DNA from: an uncultured Ignavibacteriales bacterium
GTDB lineage: Bacteria; Bacteroidota; Ignavibacteria; Ignavibacteriales; Ignavibacteriaceae
Length of the DNA stretch: 64,000 bases
Assembly: GCA_963742995.1 (NCBI GenBank)
Contig: CAVUOL010000075.1
Coordinates: forward strand, 59,093 to 123,092
Direction: 5' to 3'
Shown here: piece after piece, positions 41,082 through 49,250 of the stretch
Numbering within the stretch: position 1 is the first letter of the stretch
Layout of the letters: every line of letters begins with the position of its first letter
Program-made: the position numbers and the translations under genes
The notes under the pieces: model-generated
What the model saw: only the letters and a program-made list of their open reading frames with translations
Database searches by the model: none
What the model was told of the DNA's origin: nothing

Positions 41082-41927
41082 ATGAAACGATACTCAAAAT
41101 ATTTAATTATGTTTATATTTACTTTTAATTTTGTCCTACTGGCACAACCGGATACTATCAACGGTTTTTGGTCACCGAATGCTGCCGTAGGCATAAATGT
41201 TAGCCAAATCGCTCTAAGTAATTGGACCCAGGGTGGAGAAAATTCACTTACTTGGACTTTAATTGGAAATGGAGGCCTCCAGTTCTTTAGCAAAGTCTGG
41301 AATTTTAAAAATTCATTAAAAATTAGATTTGGAAGAACCAAGCTTGGAAGTCAGGATTTTAGAACGAATGATAATGACCTTTTCCTGGATATGGTTTTAT
41401 CAAAAAACCTTGGATGGGATGTCGACCCCTTTTTTAGTAATTCAATCAGAACCCCAATTACTACCGGATATAATTATAAAGTAACCCCTTTTATTAAAAC
41501 CGCAGACTTTTTTGATCCTGGATATATTATTCAAAGTATTGGTTTTACTTTTGATAAGCATGCTGTCTTTCAAACACGCCTTGGATTTGCCATTCAAGAA
41601 ACATTTACTAATAAATACCGTCAATATTCTGATGATCCTGATACGAAAAAACTCGAGGCGTTTAAATTTGAAACTGGTTTCGAATCTGTCACTTCAGTTC
41701 AGCAAACTATTTATGATAATTTAATGGCTAAAAGTAGTCTACGTTTATTTACAAGATTTGAAAATTTGGATGTTTGGGACGTAAGATGGGGTACTTCAAT
41801 TATTGCCAAAGTTAATAACCTTGTAAATGTAAATTTTGACTATTTATTAATTTATCAAAAACAGCAATCTTTAGATGTTCAAATTAAACAAACCCTGCAG
41901 ATAAGTTTTATTTATGCTATTTTTTAG
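41082..41927 (+). CDS. DUF3078 outer-membrane beta-barrel protein (paralog 2)
   Basis: Start placed at ATG 41082 (MKRYSKYLIMF.. signal peptide). NVSQIALSNWTQGGENSLTWTLIGNGG and colinear similarity to paralog 1 along the whole length. Confidence 0.75.
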   Translation: MKRYSKYLIMFIFTFNFVLLAQPDTINGFWSPNAAVGINVSQIALSNWTQGGENSLTWTLIGNGGLQFFSKVWNFKNSLKIRFGRTKLGSQDFRTNDNDLFLDMVLSKNLGWDVDPFFSNSIRTPITTGYNYKVTPFIKTADFFDPGYIIQSIGFTFDKHAVFQTRLGFAIQETFTNKYRQYSDDPDTKKLEAFKFETGFESVTSVQQTIYDNLMAKSSLRLFTRFENLDVWDVRWGTSIIAKVNNLVNVNFDYLLIYQKQQSLDVQIKQTLQISFIYAIF

Positions 41928-41976
41928 GTATAAAAAAAATATTAAAATCAATTTTTTAATAATATAACACCACAAA

Positions 41977-43455
41977 ATGAAAATTGCATTTATTTCATCC
42001 GAAGCGGTTCCTTTTGCAAAGACCGGCGGACTTGCAGATGTTGCCGGTGCCCTCCCTAAAGCTCTTGAAAAATTAGGGTGTCAAGTTAAGCTTTTTATTC
42101 CTAAATATTCCATTGTTGACGAATTAAAATATGAACTCCGCTATAATTGGGAAATTGGAGAAATTAAGGTCAATATCAATAATGAGATCAGATCAGTTCA
42201 TCTTCATCAGGGAAAACTGCCGGGTTCAAATATTGAAGTAAACCTGATTGATTGCCCTCATTATTTTTTCCGTAATTCTATTTATACAAATGATGTTGAT
42301 GAGGACGAAAGATTCATCCTTTTTTCTAAGGGTATAATCGAAGTGCTCCATAGGTTAAACTGGGCTCCTGATATTTTACATTGTAACGATTGGCAAACGG
42401 GACTAATCCCTTTATTTATAAAGGACAATTATAAACACTATAAAATTTTTAATAATACTGCAACATTATTTACAATCCATAATATCGGTTACCAGGGGAT
42501 CTTTTCAAAGAAATCTTTATTGAGCGCAGATATAAATCCTAAATATTTTATCAATAACGGGCCCGTCGAATTTTATAATAACGTATCTTTTATGAAAACC
42601 GGAATTCTCCTTTCGGATATAATTAATACGGTGAGCAATACTTACGCTAAGGAGATTTTAACTCATGAATATGGCGCTGGATTAGATGGTGTTTTAATTA
42701 ACCGGAGTAATGATATCTATGGTATCTTGAATGGAGTCGATTATTCAATTTGGTCCCCAGAACATGATCCTCTTATACCCTTTCGCTATTCCATATCTGA
42801 TCTTTCCGGCAAATTAAAAAATAAAAGATTTCTTCTTGAACATTTAAAGCTCCCCTTCGATGAAGAAGTTCCACTAATTGGAATCGTATCTCGAATGGTT
42901 TCTCAGAAAGGATTCGATATCTTTTCCGCTGTAATTAAAAGTATCATGAAAAAGAATGCTCAATGGGTTATCTTAGGTAATGGTCAGCCACAGTATGAGG
43001 ATTTATTCGCTAAACTTGCTCTTGATTTCCCTTCTAAAATGTCTGTTTACATTGGTTTTAATAATGAGCTTTCACATTTAATTGAAGCCGGATCAGATAT
43101 CTTTTTTATGCCCTCTTTATATGAACCATGTGGATTAAATCAAATATATAGTCTGCGGTATGGAACCGTCCCCATCGTAAGACAAACCGGGGGTCTTGCT
43201 GATACCGTTCAAGATTGGGATGAGTTAAAAGAAAAAGGAATGGAAACAGGTACGGGTTTTTCCTTTCCCAATTATGACGGCATAGAATTGTTCGATGCCT
43301 TTCAAAGAGCCGTTAATACCTTTAAAGATAAAATTTCATGGAGAAAAATTCAAAGTAATGGAATGCAAAAAGATTATTCTTGGGAACATTCCGCACAAGA
43401 ATACTTATCTCTTTATGAAAAGGCTATTCAAAAAAGAAAAATATCAACATTATAG
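41977..43455 (+). CDS. glgA: glycogen synthase (ADP-glucose type)
   Basis: 492 aa. MKIAFISSEAVPFAKTGGLADV (KTGGL motif), HCNDWQTGL, and C-terminal PSLYEPCGLNQIYSLRYGT.P.VR.TGGLADTV. Confidence 0.92.
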   Translation: MKIAFISSEAVPFAKTGGLADVAGALPKALEKLGCQVKLFIPKYSIVDELKYELRYNWEIGEIKVNINNEIRSVHLHQGKLPGSNIEVNLIDCPHYFFRNSIYTNDVDEDERFILFSKGIIEVLHRLNWAPDILHCNDWQTGLIPLFIKDNYKHYKIFNNTATLFTIHNIGYQGIFSKKSLLSADINPKYFINNGPVEFYNNVSFMKTGILLSDIINTVSNTYAKEILTHEYGAGLDGVLINRSNDIYGILNGVDYSIWSPEHDPLIPFRYSISDLSGKLKNKRFLLEHLKLPFDEEVPLIGIVSRMVSQKGFDIFSAVIKSIMKKNAQWVILGNGQPQYEDLFAKLALDFPSKMSVYIGFNNELSHLIEAGSDIFFMPSLYEPCGLNQIYSLRYGTVPIVRQTGGLADTVQDWDELKEKGMETGTGFSFPNYDGIELFDAFQRAVNTFKDKISWRKIQSNGMQKDYSWEHSAQEYLSLYEKAIQKRKISTL

Positions 43456-43471
43456 CCTTGTAGGAAAATTT

Positions 43472-44254
43472 TTATTGGATCGTATCAAAACCCGGACGAA
43501 TAAATTTGCTGTAGTCCGGGAATTCAGTCTCTGCTAAATTTAATATCTTTCCTAGAAGCACTAAAAGATCTGAAATTTCTTTAGAAAATTCTGGTAAAAT
43601 AGTATATAAGTTATTTAATGCTGCAGTAGATTTGTTTATGCCGATTATAGCAATTTTCGCTGTTCCATCCATATCATATTTACTGATTTCTTTCATCTCT
43701 TCATCATCTTCTCTTACCAATTCATCTTTTCCCCACAAAGCTCTTTTCAGTTTTACATGAATAAATGTATGAAACCATGAAAAAACATCAAAATTGTCAT
43801 GAAGTCTCTTAAAATATAGATTATTCAACTTTTCCTTTTGATAACCGTACATATTATATTTTTTATCTAACTTTATAATCAAAAGGTGCGCCTCATGAAA
43901 ATATTCATTTGATAATTCTTCAACCGGGTGTGCTTTTTTTTCAAAAATATCATCCCCATAGTCTTCACCTTCCTCAAAAGGATCAAAATCTTCATCGGAT
44001 AAAAAATCATCCTCCTCATCCTCATCAAAATCATTGAAATCATTAAACTCTTTGGTTTCTTCTGTTAATTTATCCATCTCCTTTTCAAACATTTCACCAA
44101 TATTTGAAAGATCACCGTTATGTAAAATTTCATATGTCGAAATTTTCGATTCCTGTGAAAAAAGGAGACAATTGGATGTGAATTTACATTTTTCACACCA
44201 GCGGTCACAATAATTATAGACTCCCTCTATATACTTTTTCTTTTCATTATTCAT
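43472..44254 (-). CDS. hypothetical protein: N-terminal Cys cluster + poly-acidic linker + helical domain
   Basis: 260 aa. YCDRWCEKCKFTSNC (C-x3-C-x2-C-x5-C), then the DFNDFDEDEEDDFLSDEDFDPFEEGEDYGDD tract. No family recognised. Confidence 0.55.
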   Translation of the reverse strand: MNNEKKKYIEGVYNYCDRWCEKCKFTSNCLLFSQESKISTYEILHNGDLSNIGEMFEKEMDKLTEETKEFNDFNDFDEDEEDDFLSDEDFDPFEEGEDYGDDIFEKKAHPVEELSNEYFHEAHLLIIKLDKKYNMYGYQKEKLNNLYFKRLHDNFDVFSWFHTFIHVKLKRALWGKDELVREDDEEMKEISKYDMDGTAKIAIIGINKSTAALNNLYTILPEFSKEISDLLVLLGKILNLAETEFPDYSKFIRPGFDTIQ

Positions 44255-44347
44255 AACAACAATATAAAAATTTTCTTTTAAAAATATTATACAAAACCTT
44301 ATTCAAAATTAAATATATATATATTAAAAAACCTTCATATATCCCAA

Positions 44348-44379
44348 CCGAATGACCACTAATGATTATAAATGACCGT
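44348..44379. repeat. AATGA(C/T)(C/T) words at 10-bp period (shares CGAATGAC word with 8707-8725)
   Basis: aatgacc 44351, aatgatt 44361, aatgacc 44371. Confidence 0.6.
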
Positions 44380-44460
44380 TGCGCATGCCCTTTACCCCCA
44401 ACAAGTGGAACAATAAATTAATATGAATGATTTTATTACAGCCTAGCTTACCAAACAGAT

Positions 44461-44650
44461 AACCCTTCTTTATGTATTGAATTCCGGAATTTATGTTGTA
44501 GTAGCCCTTTCTTTTAGATTTTTCTTTAAAAAACCCCCTCTCAACTACCCGTTTTTAAACAAAACTCGAGGCTAGGCATAGTTATATATGCCTAAAAAAT
44601 TTTCTCTTTAAAAATGGGGGGTTGAGAGCCCTTTTTCTCAAAATAAAACA
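44461..44650 (+). repeat. about 185-bp non-coding dispersed repeat, copy 1
   Basis: About 90% identical by hand alignment to 49251-49440 in the same orientation, including a 58-nt perfect core TTTTAGATTTTTCTTTAAAAAACCCCCTCTCAACTACCCGTTTTTAAACAAAACTCGA. Internal hairpin TAGGCAT-N7-ATGCCTA. CTCTCAAC / GTTGAGAG complementary segments. Confidence 0.85.
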
Positions 44651-44769
44651 TTCTCACCAATAGGCAGCGGAGAATCTCTTGAAATCTTTCTAATCTTACT
44701 AATTTGATTAATCAAAAGTAAAAAATTTTTCTCGATTCACTTGATAAATAAAATTATATACATATATTA

Positions 44770-44785
44770 GTAAGTAAGTGATTAC
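44770..44785. promoter_or_regulatory. candidate TetR operator (site A) upstream of the tetR-family gene
   Basis: GTAAGTAAGTGATTAC, 25 nt upstream of the ATG at 44810. Matches site B at 15/16 positions. Outer GTAA..TTAC dyad. Confidence 0.45.
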
Positions 44786-44809
44786 ATATTTATTTAAGGT
44801 AATTTTGAA

Positions 44810-45400
44810 ATGTCAAGGGAAACTACAGATACCAGACAGGAACAGATAAAAAAAGCAGTCTTGGATATAATTGCCGATGAAGGGCTGCATAATTTTTCCA
44901 CCAGGAATCTTGCAAAAAAAATAGGATTTACCGAAGGGGCAATTTTTCGCCATTTTTCAACCAAGCGTGACATTATTAAGGGAATTATGGATGATGTTGC
45001 TGGTGATTTAATCGGATCCTTAAGAAACATAGTTATAAGCCCTATAAAAACCGAAGAGAAATTGTTCAACTATCTTTGTAAAAATGTGAAATATCTAAAA
45101 GAAAATCGGGGTATTACAATACTGTTGTTTTCTGAGGCAGCTCATCTGGGTGATAAAGAGCTAAAAGAAAAACTAAATCAAATCTTGGCTGAACAGAAGC
45201 AATTCATAATAAAAATGGTAAATGATGGAATAGCAGAGGGTGCTTGGGATAGAACTATAAATCCTGAAGATGTTGCCATGCTTTATATGGGTATCCCGAT
45301 AACATTTAATATTGAATTAGTGCTGAATAAAAACGAGCTTAATGTGGATAATTTTTGTAAAAGAATGTATAAGTTGATTTTGAAAGTATTGAAGAAATAA
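44810..45400 (+). CDS. TetR/AcrR-family transcriptional regulator
   Basis: 196 aa with an N-terminal HTH (..FSTRNLAKKIGFTEGAIFRHFSTKRDI..) typical of TetR_N. Confidence 0.85.
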   Translation: MSRETTDTRQEQIKKAVLDIIADEGLHNFSTRNLAKKIGFTEGAIFRHFSTKRDIIKGIMDDVAGDLIGSLRNIVISPIKTEEKLFNYLCKNVKYLKENRGITILLFSEAAHLGDKELKEKLNQILAEQKQFIIKMVNDGIAEGAWDRTINPEDVAMLYMGIPITFNIELVLNKNELNVDNFCKRMYKLILKVLKK

Positions 45401-45416
45401 AAAATTATTAAGTAAG

Positions 45417-45432
45417 GTAAGTAAATGATTAC
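45417..45432. promoter_or_regulatory. candidate TetR operator (site B) upstream of the TauE-led operon
   Basis: GTAAGTAAATGATTAC. Overlaps a second dyad AAATGA-TTAC-TCATTT (45423-45438). Confidence 0.45.
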
Positions 45433-45571
45433 TCATTTTATTAAGGGAGAAGAACAATGTTTGATAAAAGGTGCTTGCGGTAAAAGTCGGAAAGAAAGCC
45501 TGCATTTGTTGCTCAAAAAGAAAAGCTGGGGAAACTGTAATTCAATTGCAAAAAATTAAATAAACATAAAT

Positions 45572-46321
45572 ATGCTGTATGTAATACTGTCAATAATCAT
45601 TTTAGGAGCATCCTTTTTATTTTCTATGCTGGGGCTAGGCGGCGCTCTAATTTACGTTCCGGTTCTTAAATGGGCTGGTTTTCCGGTTAAGGAAGTCGCA
45701 ATACCATTAGCTTTGTTATTAAATGGTCTTACTACGCTTATAGCCTTAATAGCATATTTTAAAAATAAATTGGTTGACGTTAAAGGTGGTTTAGCAATGA
45801 CGGTTTCCGCTTTCTTATTTGCACCAGTCGGTGCACTTGTTTCCGATAAATTGCCCGTAAATGTTTTACTTATACTATTCTCCGCTGCAGTTTTTGTCGC
45901 TGCGGGCAGAATGTTGTTTATGTCTAAAAGACCTGAACCAAAAGAAATTATGTCATTTAAAAAACGCGCAATTATAGGTGCCGTTATCGGCGGGTTTGCC
46001 GGCTTTATGGCAGGTCTTCTGGGAATCGGAGGAGGTTTTATTATGGCACCACTACTTATGTGGATGGGATATGAAACTAAAAAAGCTGCGGCAACTTCGG
46101 CTTTTGCTGTAACTTTTTCTTCGTTCTCCGGTTTTCTTGGTCATGCTGCTCAAGGACATTTTAATTGGACATTAACAATTATACTAACAATCGCGGTAAT
46201 TATAGGAGCCTTCATGGGCAGCAATTTCCTTGTGAATAAAGCTAAGACTAATAGAGTAAAACAAATATTCGCTGTTGTTTTATTTACAATTGCTATTAAA
46301 ATAATTATCGGTGTGATTTAG
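45572..46321 (+). CDS. TauE/SafE-family anion (sulfite-type) exporter permease
   Basis: 249 aa, about 7-8 TM helices, duplicated GLGGA/GIGGG motifs (MLGLGGALIYVP, LLGIGGGFIMAP). Confidence 0.8.
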   Translation: MLYVILSIIILGASFLFSMLGLGGALIYVPVLKWAGFPVKEVAIPLALLLNGLTTLIALIAYFKNKLVDVKGGLAMTVSAFLFAPVGALVSDKLPVNVLLILFSAAVFVAAGRMLFMSKRPEPKEIMSFKKRAIIGAVIGGFAGFMAGLLGIGGGFIMAPLLMWMGYETKKAAATSAFAVTFSSFSGFLGHAAQGHFNWTLTIILTIAVIIGAFMGSNFLVNKAKTNRVKQIFAVVLFTIAIKIIIGVI

Positions 46322-46360
46322 TTAATTCAATATTTTTTAACAAAAACTAGGAGTTCAAAA

Positions 46361-46963
46361 ATGGTTAACCCAGCTGAATGGTTAGAGTTCGGACAAAAAT
46401 TTCACGGGCATAAATGCCCTGCAATGCCGCTTGGTTTAAAAGTAGGCGCTGCAGCTATGAATAAACTTGGTGTCGAAAGAGCTAAGGATGGACAAATTGT
46501 TGCTTTCGTTGATTTAGGTGAAGACCACTGCGCCACTTGCTATGCTGACGGATTGCAGGTTATTATGGGAACAACATTCGGCAAAGGGAACATCAAGAAA
46601 ACACACAAAGGTAAATGGGCTGTTACACTTATTGATAAAGCTACCGGTAAAGCAGTTCGTGTAACCCCAAAAGCAGAAGCCATGCTTCAAAATAAACAGT
46701 CGGACTTTTTCAAAAACTACAGGGAAAAGGGGATTCCAGCTAGCAAAGTTCCCAATGAAGTGGTTGAGCCTCTAATTCAAAGAGTAATAAATGCACCCGA
46801 AGAAAAGTTGCTAAATATTTCAGATGTATTTGAATATAAGCTTGAACCGCATAAGGACAGCTTTGCTGGTTTCGTATGTGAAGAGTGCGGAGAGATGACA
46901 GTTGAAGGATATGGAAGACTTAAAGACGGTAAACACGTTTGTATTGACTGCGCAGCTAAATAG
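46361..46963 (+). CDS. FmdE/FwdE-domain protein with C-terminal zinc ribbon
   Basis: 200 aa. FHGHKCPAMPLGLKVG (FmdE motif) and C-terminal CEECGE...CIDC. Confidence 0.7.
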   Translation: MVNPAEWLEFGQKFHGHKCPAMPLGLKVGAAAMNKLGVERAKDGQIVAFVDLGEDHCATCYADGLQVIMGTTFGKGNIKKTHKGKWAVTLIDKATGKAVRVTPKAEAMLQNKQSDFFKNYREKGIPASKVPNEVVEPLIQRVINAPEEKLLNISDVFEYKLEPHKDSFAGFVCEECGEMTVEGYGRLKDGKHVCIDCAAK

Positions 46964-47006
46964 AGATTCTTTCTAAATTAAGAATCTTAGAAGGAGAAAA
47001 TCAAAA

Positions 47007-47243
47007 ATGACAATAAAAATATTGGGGACGGGCTGTAAAAAATGCCTTTCTCTTGAAAGCAAAGTCAGAGAACTGGTTCAGAAAAATAATTTAGATGCCG
47101 TAATTGAAAAGATAACCGATATAAAGGAAATTATGAAATATGGAATAATGATGACTCCGGGATTGGTCATAGATGAACAAGTTAAAAGCATCGGCATTAT
47201 TCCGAAAGATGATCGATTAATAAACTGGTTAAAGGAGAATTAA
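47007..47243 (+). CDS. small thioredoxin-fold protein (redox-active disulfide protein 2 type)
   Basis: 78 aa. IKILGTGCKKC (CxxC) and ..TPGLVIDE.. pattern. Confidence 0.8.
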   Translation: MTIKILGTGCKKCLSLESKVRELVQKNNLDAVIEKITDIKEIMKYGIMMTPGLVIDEQVKSIGIIPKDDRLINWLKEN

Positions 47244-47244
47244 A

Positions 47245-47634
47245 ATGGGGAAAATCATTTTCTTAATTACATTTATTATACTTTTCTCTTTTTCAACTTA
47301 TGCACAAAAGAAAAAAGAAGGGAATCAGATTAAGCCGAAAGTAACCTTTGTTGAACTTGGCTCTGTAAATTGCATCCCTTGTAAAATGATGCAGCCGGTA
47401 ATGAAAAACATTGAGAAGAAATATGGTAATCAAGTTAAGGTAGTTTTTTACGATGTATGGACACAAGAACAAAAACCTTTTGCAGAGAGGTTCGGCATTA
47501 AATTAATTCCTACACAGGTATTTCTGGATGAAAAAGGAAAAGAGTTTTTTAGGCACGAAGGATTTTATCCTGAAGAGGAAATACATAAGCTCCTCAAATC
47601 GAAGGGATTAAAGACAAAGGATAATAAAAGTTAA
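47245..47634 (+). CDS. secreted/periplasmic thioredoxin-like protein
   Basis: 129 aa, signal peptide, CIPC active-site motif, cis-Pro region IPTQVF. Confidence 0.75.
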   Translation: MGKIIFLITFIILFSFSTYAQKKKEGNQIKPKVTFVELGSVNCIPCKMMQPVMKNIEKKYGNQVKVVFYDVWTQEQKPFAERFGIKLIPTQVFLDEKGKEFFRHEGFYPEEEIHKLLKSKGLKTKDNKS

Positions 47635-47635
47635 A

Positions 47636-48337
47636 ATGTTTGAGGGAATTTTTAATTCACTTTACGAAGCAATGACTGGCGCAGTTTGGATTGCAGTGCT
47701 TTCTTCCTTTGCATGGGGAGTATTATCAATATTGCTCTCTCCATGTCATTTATCAAGCATACCGCTGGTTGTTGGATTTATAAGCTCTCAAGGAAAAATA
47801 TCTATCCGCAGAACATTCAATATTTCTCTCATTTTTTCAATAGGTATCTTAATAACAATTGCATTCATTGGTATTATTACAGCATCACTCGGAAGACTAC
47901 TGGGAGATATAGGAAGCATTGGTAATTATCTTGTTGCCGGTATTTTCTTTTTAGTTGGTCTATATCTTCTGGATATGATAAAACTCGATTGGAACACATT
48001 CGGTTTAAAATATACCGCTGCTAATGGATCATTCGCCCCTTTAATTCTAGGGTTGCTTTTCGGTTTGGCATTAGGACCTTGCACATTTGCATATATGGCT
48101 CCGGTGCTGGGTGTTGTATTTCAAACAGCACAGACAAATTATTTTCTTGCTGTAATATTTCTTTTAGCTTTCGGATTAGGGCATTGCTCCGTAATTGTTG
48201 GAGCTGGAACATTAACCGGGAAAGTTCAGAAATATTTGAACTGGACTGAAAAATCAAAAACAATTTTGTGGATAAAAAGAGTATGCGGTATTCTCGTAAT
48301 TTTCGGCGGATTCTATCTAATATTTACAACAGGGTGA
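47636..48337 (+). CDS. ccdA: CcdA/DsbD-family thiol:disulfide electron-transfer membrane protein
   Basis: 233 aa, 6 TM helices, two conserved membrane cysteines (LSPCHLSSIP and LGPCTFAY). Confidence 0.8.
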   Translation: MFEGIFNSLYEAMTGAVWIAVLSSFAWGVLSILLSPCHLSSIPLVVGFISSQGKISIRRTFNISLIFSIGILITIAFIGIITASLGRLLGDIGSIGNYLVAGIFFLVGLYLLDMIKLDWNTFGLKYTAANGSFAPLILGLLFGLALGPCTFAYMAPVLGVVFQTAQTNYFLAVIFLLAFGLGHCSVIVGAGTLTGKVQKYLNWTEKSKTILWIKRVCGILVIFGGFYLIFTTG

Positions 48338-48538
48338 TTTACTAATGAAATAACAGAGCAAGTATGGTAAAGATAGAAGGTATTGTGACACTGGTTACAA
48401 AAACACGGGGGTTCCATCAACCATTCACAATATACAACTCTAAAAAATGGAAAATTGATAAAATCATAGTCTGCAGTGAACCTTTGATGAAAAAGGGTAT
48501 AAACAAATTCAAAAATATTTCGAATATTAATTAATAAT

Positions 48539-48659
48539 TCATGTTATGCACAACTGTCATTCTGAACGAAGTGAAGAATCTCAAGGTTTATGATTTGCTC
48601 AATTTTGAGATATTTCGCTCTGTTCAATATGATAAAAAAAAATAATTTGCATAACATGA
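48539..48659. repeat. 121-bp nested imperfect palindrome (REP/MITE-like)
   Basis: Outer arms TCATGTTATGCA (48539-48550) and TGCATAACATGA (48648-48659) are a perfect 12-bp pair. Inner arms GTCATTCTGAACGAAGTGAAGAATCTC (48556-48582) and GAGATATTTCGCTCTGTTCAATATGAT (48607-48633) pair imperfectly. Confidence 0.8.
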
Positions 48660-48726
48660 GTTAATAAGTTACGATAGTTACGATAATAAATAATTATAGA
48701 TTTGATAAATTTAAGTAATTTAAGGT

Positions 48727-49116
48727 TTGAATTTGTACCCTAAGACTGCACTAATTGTTGAAGATCAGGCTGTGGCTGCCATGGATATACAATCTACTCT
48801 TAACGATTATGGATTCTTAAATTCTATAATCGCTAATTCAGGTATGAAAGCAATTACTCTTCTTGAAAATAACCCATTTTCTTTTGCTACACTGGATATC
48901 AGATTAGCAGATAATGTATCCGGGATTGAAGTGGGGAAAATATTAATTAAAAAAAATATTCCATTTGTTTTTATTTCTGCTTTTTCTAATCCGGAAAACT
49001 TATTACTCGCGAAAGAATTAAATCCCCTGGGAATATTTGAAAAACCTTATGATAGAGATGCATTCTTAAGAATGCTCCAAAAAAAATTCAATTCAAATGC
49101 TTTGCCAAAGCAATAG
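48727..49116 (+). CDS. stand-alone response-regulator receiver domain (CheY-like)
   Basis: 129 aa. ALIVEDQ acidic pocket, phospho-acceptor context FATLDIRL, ..FISAF.., K near FEKP. TTG start, no output domain. Confidence 0.7.
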   Translation: MNLYPKTALIVEDQAVAAMDIQSTLNDYGFLNSIIANSGMKAITLLENNPFSFATLDIRLADNVSGIEVGKILIKKNIPFVFISAFSNPENLLLAKELNPLGIFEKPYDRDAFLRMLQKKFNSNALPKQ

Positions 49117-49250
49117 TAATAAAACATGAGTCATCCTATTAATTTTCTTCCAAGCATTTGGGACATGAAAATTAACATGAGAAATGGTTCGCTTTGTTTC
49201 TTTGCAATAAGTTTTGGAATTCTTCTATAACTAAAAGATTATTTATATAC

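Noticed and set aside
44810-48337. Elevated GC as evidence that the redox operon is horizontally acquired
   Set aside because: Sampled lines give about 43-45% G+C, similar to a conserved gyrB line (about 42%). Composition alone is not discriminating here, unlike for the 49649 hydrolase.
48364-48534. 56-codon ORF (MVKIEGIVTLVTKTRGFHQPFTIYNSKKWKIDKIIVCSEPLMKKGINKFKNISNIN) after ccdA
   Set aside because: It is below the track cutoff, with no RBS-like sequence and no recognisable motif. It cannot be supported without conservation data.
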